A stretch of 55,987 nucleotides of DNA from a virus (taxonomy: Duplodnaviria; Caudoviricetes): IMG/VR virus record IMGVR_UViG_3300044675_001342, positions 1-55,987 of that record. One strand, written 5' to 3'. This document shows positions 8,176 to 17,190 of this stretch, one piece after another (position 1 is the first letter of the stretch; each line of letters opens with the position of its first letter). The notes beneath the pieces are model-generated. The model saw only the letters and a program-made list of their open reading frames with translations, made no database searches and had not been told where the DNA came from. The position numbers and the translations under genes were made by a program.

Positions 8176-8246
8176 TACCTGTATACGACATCATGAACTG
8201 CGGCCCGCGCTCACGTTTTGTTGCCAACGGAAAAGTTGTGCATAAC
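8169..8246 (+). mobile_element. Split intein C-fragment (26 aa)
   Basis: Blocks F/G VYDIMNCGPRSRFVANGKVVHN; +1 Ser codon at 8247-8249. Confidence 0.92.
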
Positions 8247-9248
8247 AGCAAGGGGTCAGCCATCAACATGCAGAACTTAAAGCGCGGTTCGTTCTTGCGC
8301 AAAGCCATCATGGCCCCTGACGGGTGTCAATTGGTGGTGGGGGATTTGTCCCAAATTGAACCGCGTGTGCTGGCGTGGTTGTCTGACTACGAGGACATGC
8401 TGGACATTTTCCGATCAGGCGCTGACCCATACGCTGCATTTGGTTCGCAGATGTTCAACATCCCCGGCATGACCAAGGAGAGCCATTCTGATCTTCGCCA
8501 ATCGAGCAAGTCTGCTTTACTGGGCTGCGGCTATGGGCTAGGGTGGGCATCGTTCGCGCAGCAGCTTCTGACCGGCTTCCTTGGCGCTCCGCCCGTGCGC
8601 TATGACAAGGACTTCGCCCGCAAGCTGGGCGTGGATGCGGTGTACGTACAGAAGTTCCTTGACTGGGATGACAACGTAATCAAGATGCTGGAGATTCCCC
8701 ACGTTTGTACGGACAAGGAACTGCTGATTCACTGCGTAGCGGCCAAGAAAATCATCGACATCTACCGCAACACGGCGCATCCGGTGGTATCATTTTGGGA
8801 CATGTGCAGCGGCCTGATCGGTTCAGCGCTTGCGCAGGGCAAGGAGTTCAGGTATAAATGCCTGACCTTCAGGAAGGGTGAGATTGAATTGCCTAACGGC
8901 ATGAAGTTGCTGTACCCTGATTTGCGCCAAGTTGAAGATGACAAAGGTAGGAGCCAGTGGGTATACGGGCCAGACGCTACCAAACTCTACGCTGGCAAGA
9001 TAACGAACAACGTAACACAGGCTGTTGCGCGTATCGTTATGACGGATGGGATGCTACGCACATCGAAGAAGTACTTCGTGGCGGGCACGGTGCATGACGA
9101 GCAGATCGTCGTGGTGCCGGATGCAGAGGTTGAATACGCTAAGACTTGGGTTTTGGCGCAAATGACTATGGAGCCACGGTACATGCCGGGGATTCCATTG
9201 AACGCTGACGGTGGTGCGCATCGTCGTTATGGATTAGCAAAAGGATAG
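8169..9248 (+). CDS. polA: Split-intein IntC fused to family A DNA polymerase C-terminal (palm/fingers) part
   Basis: Own RBS GGAGAAG and ATG; VVHN|S junction, then INMQNL, motif A GDLSQIEPR, motif B KSALLGCGYG, motif C VHDE. Confidence 0.93.
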   Translation: MLVPVYDIMNCGPRSRFVANGKVVHNSKGSAINMQNLKRGSFLRKAIMAPDGCQLVVGDLSQIEPRVLAWLSDYEDMLDIFRSGADPYAAFGSQMFNIPGMTKESHSDLRQSSKSALLGCGYGLGWASFAQQLLTGFLGAPPVRYDKDFARKLGVDAVYVQKFLDWDDNVIKMLEIPHVCTDKELLIHCVAAKKIIDIYRNTAHPVVSFWDMCSGLIGSALAQGKEFRYKCLTFRKGEIELPNGMKLLYPDLRQVEDDKGRSQWVYGPDATKLYAGKITNNVTQAVARIVMTDGMLRTSKKYFVAGTVHDEQIVVVPDAEVEYAKTWVLAQMTMEPRYMPGIPLNADGGAHRRYGLAKG

Positions 9249-9257
9249 GAGAAGTAA

Positions 9258-9575
9258 ATGGCAACAAAAGAAAAAAACCCAATTCCATGCAGGCTGCGCA
9301 TTGGGAACAAAAAGTACTCGGTTGAGATTGTCGAAGCCATGCTTAAAAAAGCATGGCAAGGTTCGATTCAGTACGACAACCATCGCATTCAAATCGCCCG
9401 CAACAGCAACGTATCGGGCCGCAGGTTTAAAGACCACGAAATGCACGCTACGTTTTGGCACGAACTCACGCATGCAATCTTGCACGATATGGATCACTCA
9501 CTGCACTTGAACGAAAAGTTTGTGGAAGATTTTTCAACACGACTGGCGCAAGCCGTAAAGACAGCGAGGTTCTAA
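9258..9575 (+). CDS. Small putative Zn-metallopeptidase-like protein
   Basis: TFWHELTHAIL (HExxH) with downstream NEKFV. Confidence 0.7.
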   Translation: MATKEKNPIPCRLRIGNKKYSVEIVEAMLKKAWQGSIQYDNHRIQIARNSNVSGRRFKDHEMHATFWHELTHAILHDMDHSLHLNEKFVEDFSTRLAQAVKTARF

Positions 9576-10241
9576 ATGAAAGTAATAGCGTGGAGTCACA
9601 GTGCCCTAAAAGACTACGAGGGATGCCCCAAGCGGTATCAAGAAATCAAAGTCTTAAAGAACTTCCCGTTCACTGAGACTGAGGCCACAAGGTACGGCAA
9701 CAAAGTCCACAAAGCGTTGGAGTTTTACATCCGTGACAACACGCCAGTGCCCGAAGCCTACGCGCAGTTTGTTCCCGTGGTCGATGCGCTACTCAAAAAG
9801 CCCGGACGCAAACTAGCTGAGCAGCAGATGGCGCTGACCAAAGAACTTCAGCCGTGTGATTGGCGTGCAAAAAATGTGTGGGTGCGCGGCATTGCCGACA
9901 TGCTCATCATCGACGACGAGAACATGACTGCGTGGGTGGTGGATTGGAAAACGGGCTCGGATAAATACCCTGACCGTGACCAATTAAAACTCATGTCGAT
10001 CATGGTGTTCGCACACTACCCGCACATCCGCAAGGTTAACTCCGCGCTGTTGTTCATAGTCAAGGGCAGCATGGTCAAGCACAGCATGACGCACGACCAA
10101 GCAGACGCCCATTGGTGGGATTACCGTGAGAGGGCTGCACGCATTGAGCAAGCCTATGAGACAGGCGTGTGGAACGCCAAACCTTCGCCGCTATGTCCGT
10201 GGTGTCCGGCAACCACTTGTGTACATCACCCTAAACACTGA
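9576..10241 (+). CDS. Cas4/RecB-like PD-(D/E)xK exonuclease
   Basis: WSHSxL..CP, GxxxH, GIADML, DWKTG, QLxxM, C-terminal CxWCxxxxC. Confidence 0.88.
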   Translation: MKVIAWSHSALKDYEGCPKRYQEIKVLKNFPFTETEATRYGNKVHKALEFYIRDNTPVPEAYAQFVPVVDALLKKPGRKLAEQQMALTKELQPCDWRAKNVWVRGIADMLIIDDENMTAWVVDWKTGSDKYPDRDQLKLMSIMVFAHYPHIRKVNSALLFIVKGSMVKHSMTHDQADAHWWDYRERAARIEQAYETGVWNAKPSPLCPWCPATTCVHHPKH

Positions 10242-10252
10242 AAGAAAACATC

Positions 10253-10486
10253 ATGGCAACTCGTGACTACAAAAAGGAATACAAGCAAGACTTAAAGACC
10301 GGCAAATCAGGGCCGGACTCAGACCAACATGAACGCCAGCGTGCAAGGCGTGCGTACGATGCCAAGGGTGTTGACCGCGCTGGTAAAGACATCGACCACG
10401 TTAAACCGTTGCGCAAAGGCGGTAAGTCAACACCGGGCAATTTGAGACTACGCAGCAAGAGCGCCAATCAAGGCGACAACAAATAA
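10253..10486 (+). CDS. Small HNH nuclease-like protein
   Basis: KDIDHVKPLRKGGKSTPGNLRLRSKSAN. Confidence 0.8.
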   Translation: MATRDYKKEYKQDLKTGKSGPDSDQHERQRARRAYDAKGVDRAGKDIDHVKPLRKGGKSTPGNLRLRSKSANQGDNK

Positions 10487-10501
10487 TTACATGAGAAGCA
10501 A

Positions 10502-12061
10502 ATGCAAATCGTAGAAGATAAAGCCATACTGTTTAAGACACGCAACCCCGAAAAATACAGCATCATCCCAAAACACAAAATCGTCGCCGAGTACGACGAT
10601 GGGTGTGAGATTGCTGTTTACTGGGGGCTGGACGAAGTGCGCGTACTGCGTAACCTCGGAGTCAAGAACGTACCCTCCCCAATCACCAAGCGCTACAACT
10701 GGCCGGGCAAGTACAAGCCGATGGCGCACCAGATTGAGACCGCTGCGTTCCTTACGTTGAACCGCAAAGCCTTCGTGTTCTCTGAACCGGGTACGGGTAA
10801 GACACTCTCAGCGCTGTGGGCTGCGGACTATCTGATGCGCATTGGTAAGGTCAAGCGCTGTTTGATTCTGTGCCCGTTGTCGATCATGCACTCTGCGTGG
10901 TTGGGCGACTTGAACAACAGCATCATCCATCGCTCTGCCGTTGTGGCTCACCATGCGCAGGCTAGTCGGCGTATTGAAATGGTGCAGGAGAACTATGAGT
11001 TCGTGATTGCCAATTACGATGGGTTGAACCTGATAGCCAGTGAGATCGTTGCTGACGGGCGATTTGACTTGGTGATTGTGGACGAGTGCGGAGCATACAA
11101 GACACAGACTACCCGGCGCTGGAAGGTGCTCAAAGCAATCCTCACACCGCAGACCAACTTGTGGATGATGACTGGCACGCCTGCTGCACAGTCGCCAGTG
11201 GATGCATACGGACTGGCCAAGCTAGTTAACCCCGAGGGTGTACCGCAGTTCTTTACAGCGTGGCGCGATAAGGTGGTGTACAAGCTCACCATGTACAAAT
11301 GGGTTCCCAAAAAAGAAGCGAAGGACTTGGTGCATGAAGCGCTGCAACCCTCGATTCGCTTCACCAAAGAAGAGTGCCTTGACCTACCACCAGTGGTAAC
11401 CACCACACGCGAAGTTCCCCTGACCCCGCAGCAGGCCAAGTACTACAACTTGCTCAAAGAGCAAATGCTCATCCAAGCCGCAGGCGAGACAATCAGCGCG
11501 GTCAATGCAGGCGTGGCGATCAATAAGTTGTTGCAGATTTCGTGTGGCGCAGCGTACACAGACGACAAGGGAGTAGTGGAGTTCGACTCTGCCCCACGGC
11601 TGGCTGTGCTCGACGAGATATTGCAGGAGACCAGCCGCAAGGTCATCATCTTTGCGCTGTTTCGCAGCACCATCACTACGGTGTTGGACTACCTGAACAA
11701 GAAGGGCTACGCGGCGGAGTGCATCCACGGTGACGTACCGGCTTCCAAGCGGGGCGATATCATCCGGCGCTTCCAGCATGAGCCCAATCCCCACTTCTTG
11801 GTGATGCAGCCGCAGGCTACCGCCCACGGGATTACCCTAACTGCCGCCGACACGGTGGTGTTCTATGGCCCCCTGATGAGCGTGGAGCAGTACATCCAGT
11901 GTATTGCTCGTTCTGACCGTAAGGGTCAGGACTCCGACAAGGTAACGGTCATCCACATCGAGGGTTCCCCCATTGAGAAAAAGATGTTCAAGGCGCTCAA
12001 TGCAAGGGTGGACGACCACGCCTTGCTAACGCAAATGTTCGATACAGAAATTAAATTATGA
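10502..12061 (+). CDS. SNF2-like superfamily 2 helicase
   Basis: EPGTGKT (Walker A), VIVDE (Walker B), MTGTP, HGITLT, QCIARSDRKGQ. Confidence 0.93.
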   Translation: MQIVEDKAILFKTRNPEKYSIIPKHKIVAEYDDGCEIAVYWGLDEVRVLRNLGVKNVPSPITKRYNWPGKYKPMAHQIETAAFLTLNRKAFVFSEPGTGKTLSALWAADYLMRIGKVKRCLILCPLSIMHSAWLGDLNNSIIHRSAVVAHHAQASRRIEMVQENYEFVIANYDGLNLIASEIVADGRFDLVIVDECGAYKTQTTRRWKVLKAILTPQTNLWMMTGTPAAQSPVDAYGLAKLVNPEGVPQFFTAWRDKVVYKLTMYKWVPKKEAKDLVHEALQPSIRFTKEECLDLPPVVTTTREVPLTPQQAKYYNLLKEQMLIQAAGETISAVNAGVAINKLLQISCGAAYTDDKGVVEFDSAPRLAVLDEILQETSRKVIIFALFRSTITTVLDYLNKKGYAAECIHGDVPASKRGDIIRRFQHEPNPHFLVMQPQATAHGITLTAADTVVFYGPLMSVEQYIQCIARSDRKGQDSDKVTVIHIEGSPIEKKMFKALNARVDDHALLTQMFDTEIKL

Positions 12062-12067
12062 AAGGAG

Positions 12068-12110
12068 TTGCATAGCTTAAAAAATCGTGTAGACTGTCCA
12101 ACCTTAGACA
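12068..12110 (+). promoter_or_regulatory. Putative promoter with overlapping operator copy 2
   Basis: TTGCAT (12068-73), 16 nt, TAGACT (12090-95); TGTCCAACCTTAGACA (12095-12110). Confidence 0.5.
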
Positions 12111-12129
12111 AACAAAACAGGAGAAGTTA

Positions 12130-12531
12130 ATGTCAGAAGAAGCAATCCCGCTGGATAAATTAGCCCTGATCTACCGAAAGATTCGGGATAAGATCGCCGC
12201 GCTGACCAAGGAGTACGACACGCAAGTGGAGTTGCTCAAGGCACAGCAAGACGAAGTTAAATTTGCCATGAAAGACCAGATGAAAGCGCTTGGCGTTAAA
12301 TCTGTTCGCACTGATTTGGGCACAGTAACGCTGACCACAAAGACGCGCTACAACACCCAAGACTGGGACTCGTTCAAGGACTTTGTTCTTGAGCATAGGT
12401 TGGTTGACCTGCTTGAGAAGCGCATTGCGCAGACCAACATGGCGACCTTTCTTTCCGAGAACCCCACCATCGTTCCCCCCGGACTCAACTCGACAACTGA
12501 GTTCGACATCACTGTAACCAAACCACGTTAA
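12130..12531 (+). CDS. Conserved phage replication-module protein
   Basis: Coiled-coil N-terminus, SVRTxxGTV, DWxxF...LLEKRI...PPGL; strong RBS. Confidence 0.8.
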   Translation: MSEEAIPLDKLALIYRKIRDKIAALTKEYDTQVELLKAQQDEVKFAMKDQMKALGVKSVRTDLGTVTLTTKTRYNTQDWDSFKDFVLEHRLVDLLEKRIAQTNMATFLSENPTIVPPGLNSTTEFDITVTKPR

Positions 12532-12544
12532 CCAAGGAAATTAA

Positions 12545-13504
12545 ATGAGCAACATAGCTATTTTTAGCGGCGTAGCCGTCCCCGCATTTGCACGCAACAA
12601 CGAGCTTTCTGAAACAGCCAAAGCCCTGATGGGCGGCGCTGGCGGTAACACCAAGCGTATCAGCATCAAAGGCGGCGTGTTTCGTCTGGTCGCAGGCGGC
12701 AAGGAAGTCGCATCTATTGATGAACGCCACTTGGATGTCATCGTGGTCAAGGCAGCGCCTAAAGTCAGCCGCGTGTTCTACGCGGGCTCATACGACAAAG
12801 ACGCAGCCGCTGGCCCTCCCGATTGCTGGAGCAACGATGGTGAGAAGCCTGACTCCGTTGCGAAAAACAAGCAGTCCGTGACTTGCATGGCCTGCAAACA
12901 AAACGTAGCCGGTTCGGGCCAAGGCAACAGCCGCGCTTGCCGCTACCAACAGCGCTTGGCTGTGGTGCTGGCCAGCGCCCCTGAAGGTGATGTGCTCCAG
13001 TTGACCCTGCCTGCCACTTCGGTGTTCGGCAAGGAAGAAGGCGACAAGCGTCCGTTGCAAGCCTTTGTGCGTTATTTGGCGGTTCAAAATCCGCCAATCA
13101 ACCCTGAGCAGATCGTGACCCGCATGAAGTTCGACACCAAGGCCGAGAGCCCCAAGCTGTTTTTCCAACCCATGCGCTGGTTGACCGAGGACGAGTACGC
13201 CACTGTCAAGACGCAGGCTGATTCCGAGGACGCCAAACTTGCGGTGGTGATGACCGTGGCCCAAACCGATGGCGTAAAGTCAGCGCCTTTGCAGTTGGAA
13301 GGCAAGCCCCTTGCCGCTCCCGCTGAAGAAGGTGAAGAGGAAGAAGCCCCAGCCCCCAAAGCGAAGGCCAAAGCCAAGCCTACTCCTGTGGAAGCCGAGG
13401 AAGACGCTGAGCCGGAAGTACGCAAGACCCCAACCAAGATCAACGCTGTGCCTGCTGCCAAAAGCAATCTGGCCGGTATCGTTGCTGATTGGGACGACGA
13501 GTAA
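12545..13504 (+). CDS. Putative ssDNA-binding/annealing protein
   Basis: RISIKGGVFR, PDCWSNDG, CxxC, acidic C-terminus (WDDE); position between helicase and primase. Confidence 0.7.
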   Translation: MSNIAIFSGVAVPAFARNNELSETAKALMGGAGGNTKRISIKGGVFRLVAGGKEVASIDERHLDVIVVKAAPKVSRVFYAGSYDKDAAAGPPDCWSNDGEKPDSVAKNKQSVTCMACKQNVAGSGQGNSRACRYQQRLAVVLASAPEGDVLQLTLPATSVFGKEEGDKRPLQAFVRYLAVQNPPINPEQIVTRMKFDTKAESPKLFFQPMRWLTEDEYATVKTQADSEDAKLAVVMTVAQTDGVKSAPLQLEGKPLAAPAEEGEEEEAPAPKAKAKAKPTPVEAEEDAEPEVRKTPTKINAVPAAKSNLAGIVADWDDE

Positions 13505-13511
13505 TTAATTC

Positions 13512-13593
13512 GGGGGGAAAGCGGATGCTGTGCGGATTGCCAATTGGGGATGGATTCCCGGTTGGTTTGAAACTTAGTGCAGCGAGTACCCCC
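13512..13593 (+). ncRNA. Candidate structured RNA (long hairpin with GAA/AGUA internal loop)
   Basis: GGGGG/CCCCC outer stem; GCUGUGC/GUGCAGC; 11-bp CCAAUUGGGGA/UUCCCGGUUGG; G-U pairs only on the + strand. Confidence 0.55.
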
Positions 13594-13603
13594 ACCTAAA
13601 ACT

Positions 13604-13882
13604 ATGGCCTATTCACAACGCATCAAAGACTTGATACGGACGGCCCCGCGCACTGCGGGCAATACGCTTGGGCGTTGGGCCGTTCACTTAGAGTTTCCCG
13701 TGACAAAACTAGCTTACGCTCTTGGCGTAACTCGGCAGACCATTTATAACTGGTTTGCTGGTGGGGAAGTATTCGTCGCCTATCAACAACGCGTTGACCT
13801 GATGGTTTCCGTCATGTCAACATCAAAAACAGCAGAAGAAGCATGGAGAAGAATATGCAAGGTATACAACCTCAAACCCTGA
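13604..13882 (+). CDS. Cro/XRE-like HTH DNA-binding protein
   Basis: VTKLAYALGVTRQTIYNWFAG helix-turn-helix. Confidence 0.85.
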   Translation: MAYSQRIKDLIRTAPRTAGNTLGRWAVHLEFPVTKLAYALGVTRQTIYNWFAGGEVFVAYQQRVDLMVSVMSTSKTAEEAWRRICKVYNLKP

Positions 13883-14031
13883 CCAACGACGAGTTGGAGC
13901 GCATGGTTTACATCACCGGCCCAGACAAACTGCCTAAAAACTGGGTAGAGGAAGTGCTGCGCCGCACGCTAGCTGACTGGCGTGAGACAAACCCCAAAGA
14001 CCCCGCCCAGCTAAAACTCGACTTCTCTTAA
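13843..14031 (+). CDS. Hypothetical protein
   Basis: 62 aa (start may be 13855); ends QLKLDFS, resembling a beta-clamp-binding motif. Confidence 0.65.
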   Translation: MEKNMQGIQPQTLTNDELERMVYITGPDKLPKNWVEEVLRRTLADWRETNPKDPAQLKLDFS

Positions 14032-14051
14032 ACCATTTCCCAAGGATACCT

Positions 14052-17018
14052 ATGGAACCGCTTGAGTTTCTAGCGGAGGTACTACCACCCCCTGGAAATG
14101 GTAGATACTGTGTTGTTGAACTGCTGACAAAGAAAAAGGAACACTTTTATGTAGATACGTTGGAAGAAGCCATGCCAAAAATAGCGGCGTGGAAACAGCG
14201 GGGGTTAGATGTTTATTTTGCGCTGGGCACGTTTGGAGATTTAAACCGCCGCATTGCAACCAACGTACAAATGGTTCGCTGCATAGCAGTGGATGTGGAC
14301 TGCAATCACCCCAAGGACATACCTGACCCCGAAACGGGAGAGTTGAAAACCAAGGCGTATCCGTCAGCGCAAGTTGCGGCGCAGGCCATCATGCAGTTTG
14401 CTGATGAGGTGGGGCTGTCCGGGTTGGGCAACCCTTGGCTGGTGGCTTCAGGCGGTGGTGTGCATGCATACTGGCCGTTCAAAGAGGCCGTGGATATCAA
14501 CGAGTGGAAGCCAGTGGCCGAGGGGTTCAAGCGCCTGTGCTTTCAAAAGAAGTTGGACATCGACCAGACCATCACGGCAGACGCATCAAGGGTGCTGCGG
14601 GTCTTTGATACGGTCAATACCGGCATCAAGGGAAACAAAAAAGTACGCGAAGTTACCAACGTCAAGTTCAAAAATGCGGGCGACCATTTTGACTTTGCGG
14701 ACATCCGAGCGCTGGTAGAGCGCAACTTGATAGGCACGGCCTACGAAACCAAGGCCCCCAAGGGTGGCGATGGCGGCACTGCGCTAGCGCTGCCGGGTAA
14801 GCGGCCCAGCAAGGATACGACTTCGATCAAGCTGTTTGAAAATAGTTCGACAAAGTTTGAAAATATTTACCGGGCCACCAAGGCTGGCCGGGGCTGCGAA
14901 CAGCTTCGACACTACGCCGAGCATGCGTCCGAGGACGGTATGGAACCGCTATGGCGGGCACACCTGAGCATTGCCCAGAAGTGTGACGATGGCTCCAAGG
15001 CGGCGATATGGCTCAGTAAGCTGCATCCGTACGACGAAGACCGGATGAACACTAAGATGGCCGAAATCAAAGGCCCGTACCCCTGTACCAAATTTGATTC
15101 AGAGAATCCCGGTGTGTGCGTGGGGTGCAGCCACTGGGGCAAGATCACCAATCCGTTGTCGCTGGGCCGGGAAACGGCAGTAAGCACCGAAGCCAAGGTG
15201 GTGGACATCACCCAAGACGATGGCTCAACAGCCAAAATCCTGCGGCCTGAACCGCCACGAGGGTATGCCTACGGGCAGCACGGCGGTGTGTTCATGGAGC
15301 GTGACGACGAGGATGCCGATGGCAACAAGACCAAGCGCCAGATTATGCTGCTGCCGTTTGACCTATTCCCGCTGGACATCCTGAACATCAACGGCGACCA
15401 TACTGTGTACATGGTGGCGCTGCGCAAGTCCGGCCCGCAGGAAGTCACCCTCCCCCAACGGGCCGTGGTCAGCAAAGACGATACGCTGAAGAGCTTGGCC
15501 ACGCAGAACATCATTGCTGCCTTCGGGGCGGGCAACGACAAAAACCTGTTTGACTACGTGCGGGCCGCAGTGGAAAAGCTCAGTAGTGAACGTGCCCCGC
15601 TGGATGTGCCTGACCACTATGGGTGGCAGACTGACGGTAGCTTTGTTCATGCGGGTATGGTGTACAAGGCCAACGAGGAGCCCAACAAAATCCCGCTTCC
15701 GGGGCTGGAAAACATTGTCAAAAACACGCAGATGACGGGCACGATGGAGAACTGGCTCAGGTTCATAAATCTGCTGGTGTCGCGCAAGCTGTGGGATCAA
15801 CTAGCCGTTATTTTCCTTGGCGCTGGGGCTCCGCTGATGCGCTTTACGGGGTTGTACGGGCTGACCATCCACTGCTGCTCCACCGAGTCTGGCACGGGTA
15901 AGTCACTGGCGCTGGACGGCGCGGCATCCATATGGGGGCATCCGACCCACTACCGCGCTGGCTCGGGCACTTCTCCTGTGGCGATGCAGCACCGCCTTGG
16001 CCTGCTGCACAGCATGCCAATGATTACAGACGAGATTACAACCACCAACCACAAGGACTTTGAGTGGTTCCCCGGCATGACCATGACGGTCAGCGAGGGG
16101 CGGGGCAAGGAGCGCATGGAGTCCGGCTCAAACAAAGAGCGGTTGAACTTATCCACATGGGCCACCTTTGCGCTACTGTCATCGAACACCCATGCCGTGG
16201 ACTACATGACCGGAGCGCGTAAGCACTCCTCGGAGGGGGAACTGCGCCGAGTGTTGGAATGGATAATGGACGAGAAGCTGTCATGGAGCCCCGAAGAAAT
16301 TGAAATAATCAAATCCTTACAGGAAAATTACGCGGTAGCCGGTGATGTGTGGGCGCAGTACATGGTGGACAACGTGGATGCGGTCAAGAAAATGACTAAG
16401 GAAACCGTGACCCAGATGTACAAGGTTTACACCGCGCCCAACGATGAGCGTTTTTGGATGGCTGGGGTAGGCTGCGCAGTGACCGCCGCGCTGTGTTTTG
16501 GCAGTAAGTACGCTGGCATAGTTGACGTACCTATTGAACCTCTGATAGAGAGCTACCGCCGCAGCATCAACACGATACGCACCGCCATGAAAACGGGCAA
16601 GCGCACCGCTGAGGACATCCTTAACGGCTTCATACAGGAGCACTACGGCAAGTTCGTCATCGTGCATTTTGGCGACAAGGCTGGGCCTATGGCAAGGCTG
16701 GGGGACAGCAGCGCAGTGGACAAGAACACTACCCGAGCGCAGATCATGGGGCGCATCGAGCACGGCCTGACCGTGGGGTACGTGGACTTTTACATCGAGG
16801 AGCGCACCCTCAAGTCATACTGCTCCAATCACAGCTTTGGCTACGCCACGCTCAAGACCCACCTTGAAAAGCAGTTTGTGGTGTCGTACATCGGTAAGAA
16901 GGACATGATGGCCAAAACCAACGGCCCGCCAATGCGGGTGGGCGTCATCAAGATTTCGCGGGAAGAAGACCAGCTTGACGAAGAAATTAAAAATCCGTTG
17001 GCCTTGGCCGCAACTTAA
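14052..17018 (+). CDS. Primase-helicase (AEP/RepB-like primase + DUF927-like helicase)
   Basis: VDVD, SGGGVHAYW, DxSRVLR primase motifs; Cys cluster; ESGTGKS Walker A, ITDE Walker B, GRGKER. Confidence 0.88.
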   Translation: MEPLEFLAEVLPPPGNGRYCVVELLTKKKEHFYVDTLEEAMPKIAAWKQRGLDVYFALGTFGDLNRRIATNVQMVRCIAVDVDCNHPKDIPDPETGELKTKAYPSAQVAAQAIMQFADEVGLSGLGNPWLVASGGGVHAYWPFKEAVDINEWKPVAEGFKRLCFQKKLDIDQTITADASRVLRVFDTVNTGIKGNKKVREVTNVKFKNAGDHFDFADIRALVERNLIGTAYETKAPKGGDGGTALALPGKRPSKDTTSIKLFENSSTKFENIYRATKAGRGCEQLRHYAEHASEDGMEPLWRAHLSIAQKCDDGSKAAIWLSKLHPYDEDRMNTKMAEIKGPYPCTKFDSENPGVCVGCSHWGKITNPLSLGRETAVSTEAKVVDITQDDGSTAKILRPEPPRGYAYGQHGGVFMERDDEDADGNKTKRQIMLLPFDLFPLDILNINGDHTVYMVALRKSGPQEVTLPQRAVVSKDDTLKSLATQNIIAAFGAGNDKNLFDYVRAAVEKLSSERAPLDVPDHYGWQTDGSFVHAGMVYKANEEPNKIPLPGLENIVKNTQMTGTMENWLRFINLLVSRKLWDQLAVIFLGAGAPLMRFTGLYGLTIHCCSTESGTGKSLALDGAASIWGHPTHYRAGSGTSPVAMQHRLGLLHSMPMITDEITTTNHKDFEWFPGMTMTVSEGRGKERMESGSNKERLNLSTWATFALLSSNTHAVDYMTGARKHSSEGELRRVLEWIMDEKLSWSPEEIEIIKSLQENYAVAGDVWAQYMVDNVDAVKKMTKETVTQMYKVYTAPNDERFWMAGVGCAVTAALCFGSKYAGIVDVPIEPLIESYRRSINTIRTAMKTGKRTAEDILNGFIQEHYGKFVIVHFGDKAGPMARLGDSSAVDKNTTRAQIMGRIEHGLTVGYVDFYIEERTLKSYCSNHSFGYATLKTHLEKQFVVSYIGKKDMMAKTNGPPMRVGVIKISREEDQLDEEIKNPLALAAT

Positions 17019-17190
17019 AAAAGGGCAGGGGTTCTTTATCCCTACCCTTGACCCCGAGCCCCTCCGCGTGGAGGGGCTTGATAAGGCTTTGGAGTCCCGA
17101 ATTTTTAACGCGCAGTGCGTTACTTGCGTTAAGAACGGTCGGTTCGGTCTTTGGTTCTTTCGTAGACCGCTATCGAGCCACGGGCAATAG
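16975..17190 (+). CDS. Small hypothetical protein
   Basis: WPWxxLxxGQGFFIP...GLWFFR pattern; TTG start; overlaps both neighbours. Confidence 0.55.
   Translation: MTKKLKIRWPWPQLKKGQGFFIPTLDPEPLRVEGLDKALESRIFNAQCVTCVKNGRFGLWFFRRPLSSHGQ

Noticed and set aside
7200-8250. Group I intron or single contiguous intein as the explanation of the polymerase interruption
   Set aside because: Intein blocks A/B and F/G are clear at protein level, the downstream half has its own RBS/ATG, the HNH is out of frame at both ends, and I saw no group I core elements.
9576-10241. Cas4-like nuclease as a sign of a CRISPR system
   Set aside because: No repeat-spacer array or other cas genes in the window; stand-alone Cas4-like exonucleases are routine in phage replication modules.
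11060-11105. Unusual Walker B (DECG) in the SNF2 helicase
   Set aside because: The catalytic DE is intact; variation after DE is common in phage SF2 helicases.
12094-12110. Possible LexA (SOS) box
   Set aside because: Does not fit CTGT-N8-ACAG; better explained by the TGTC-N8-GACA motif.
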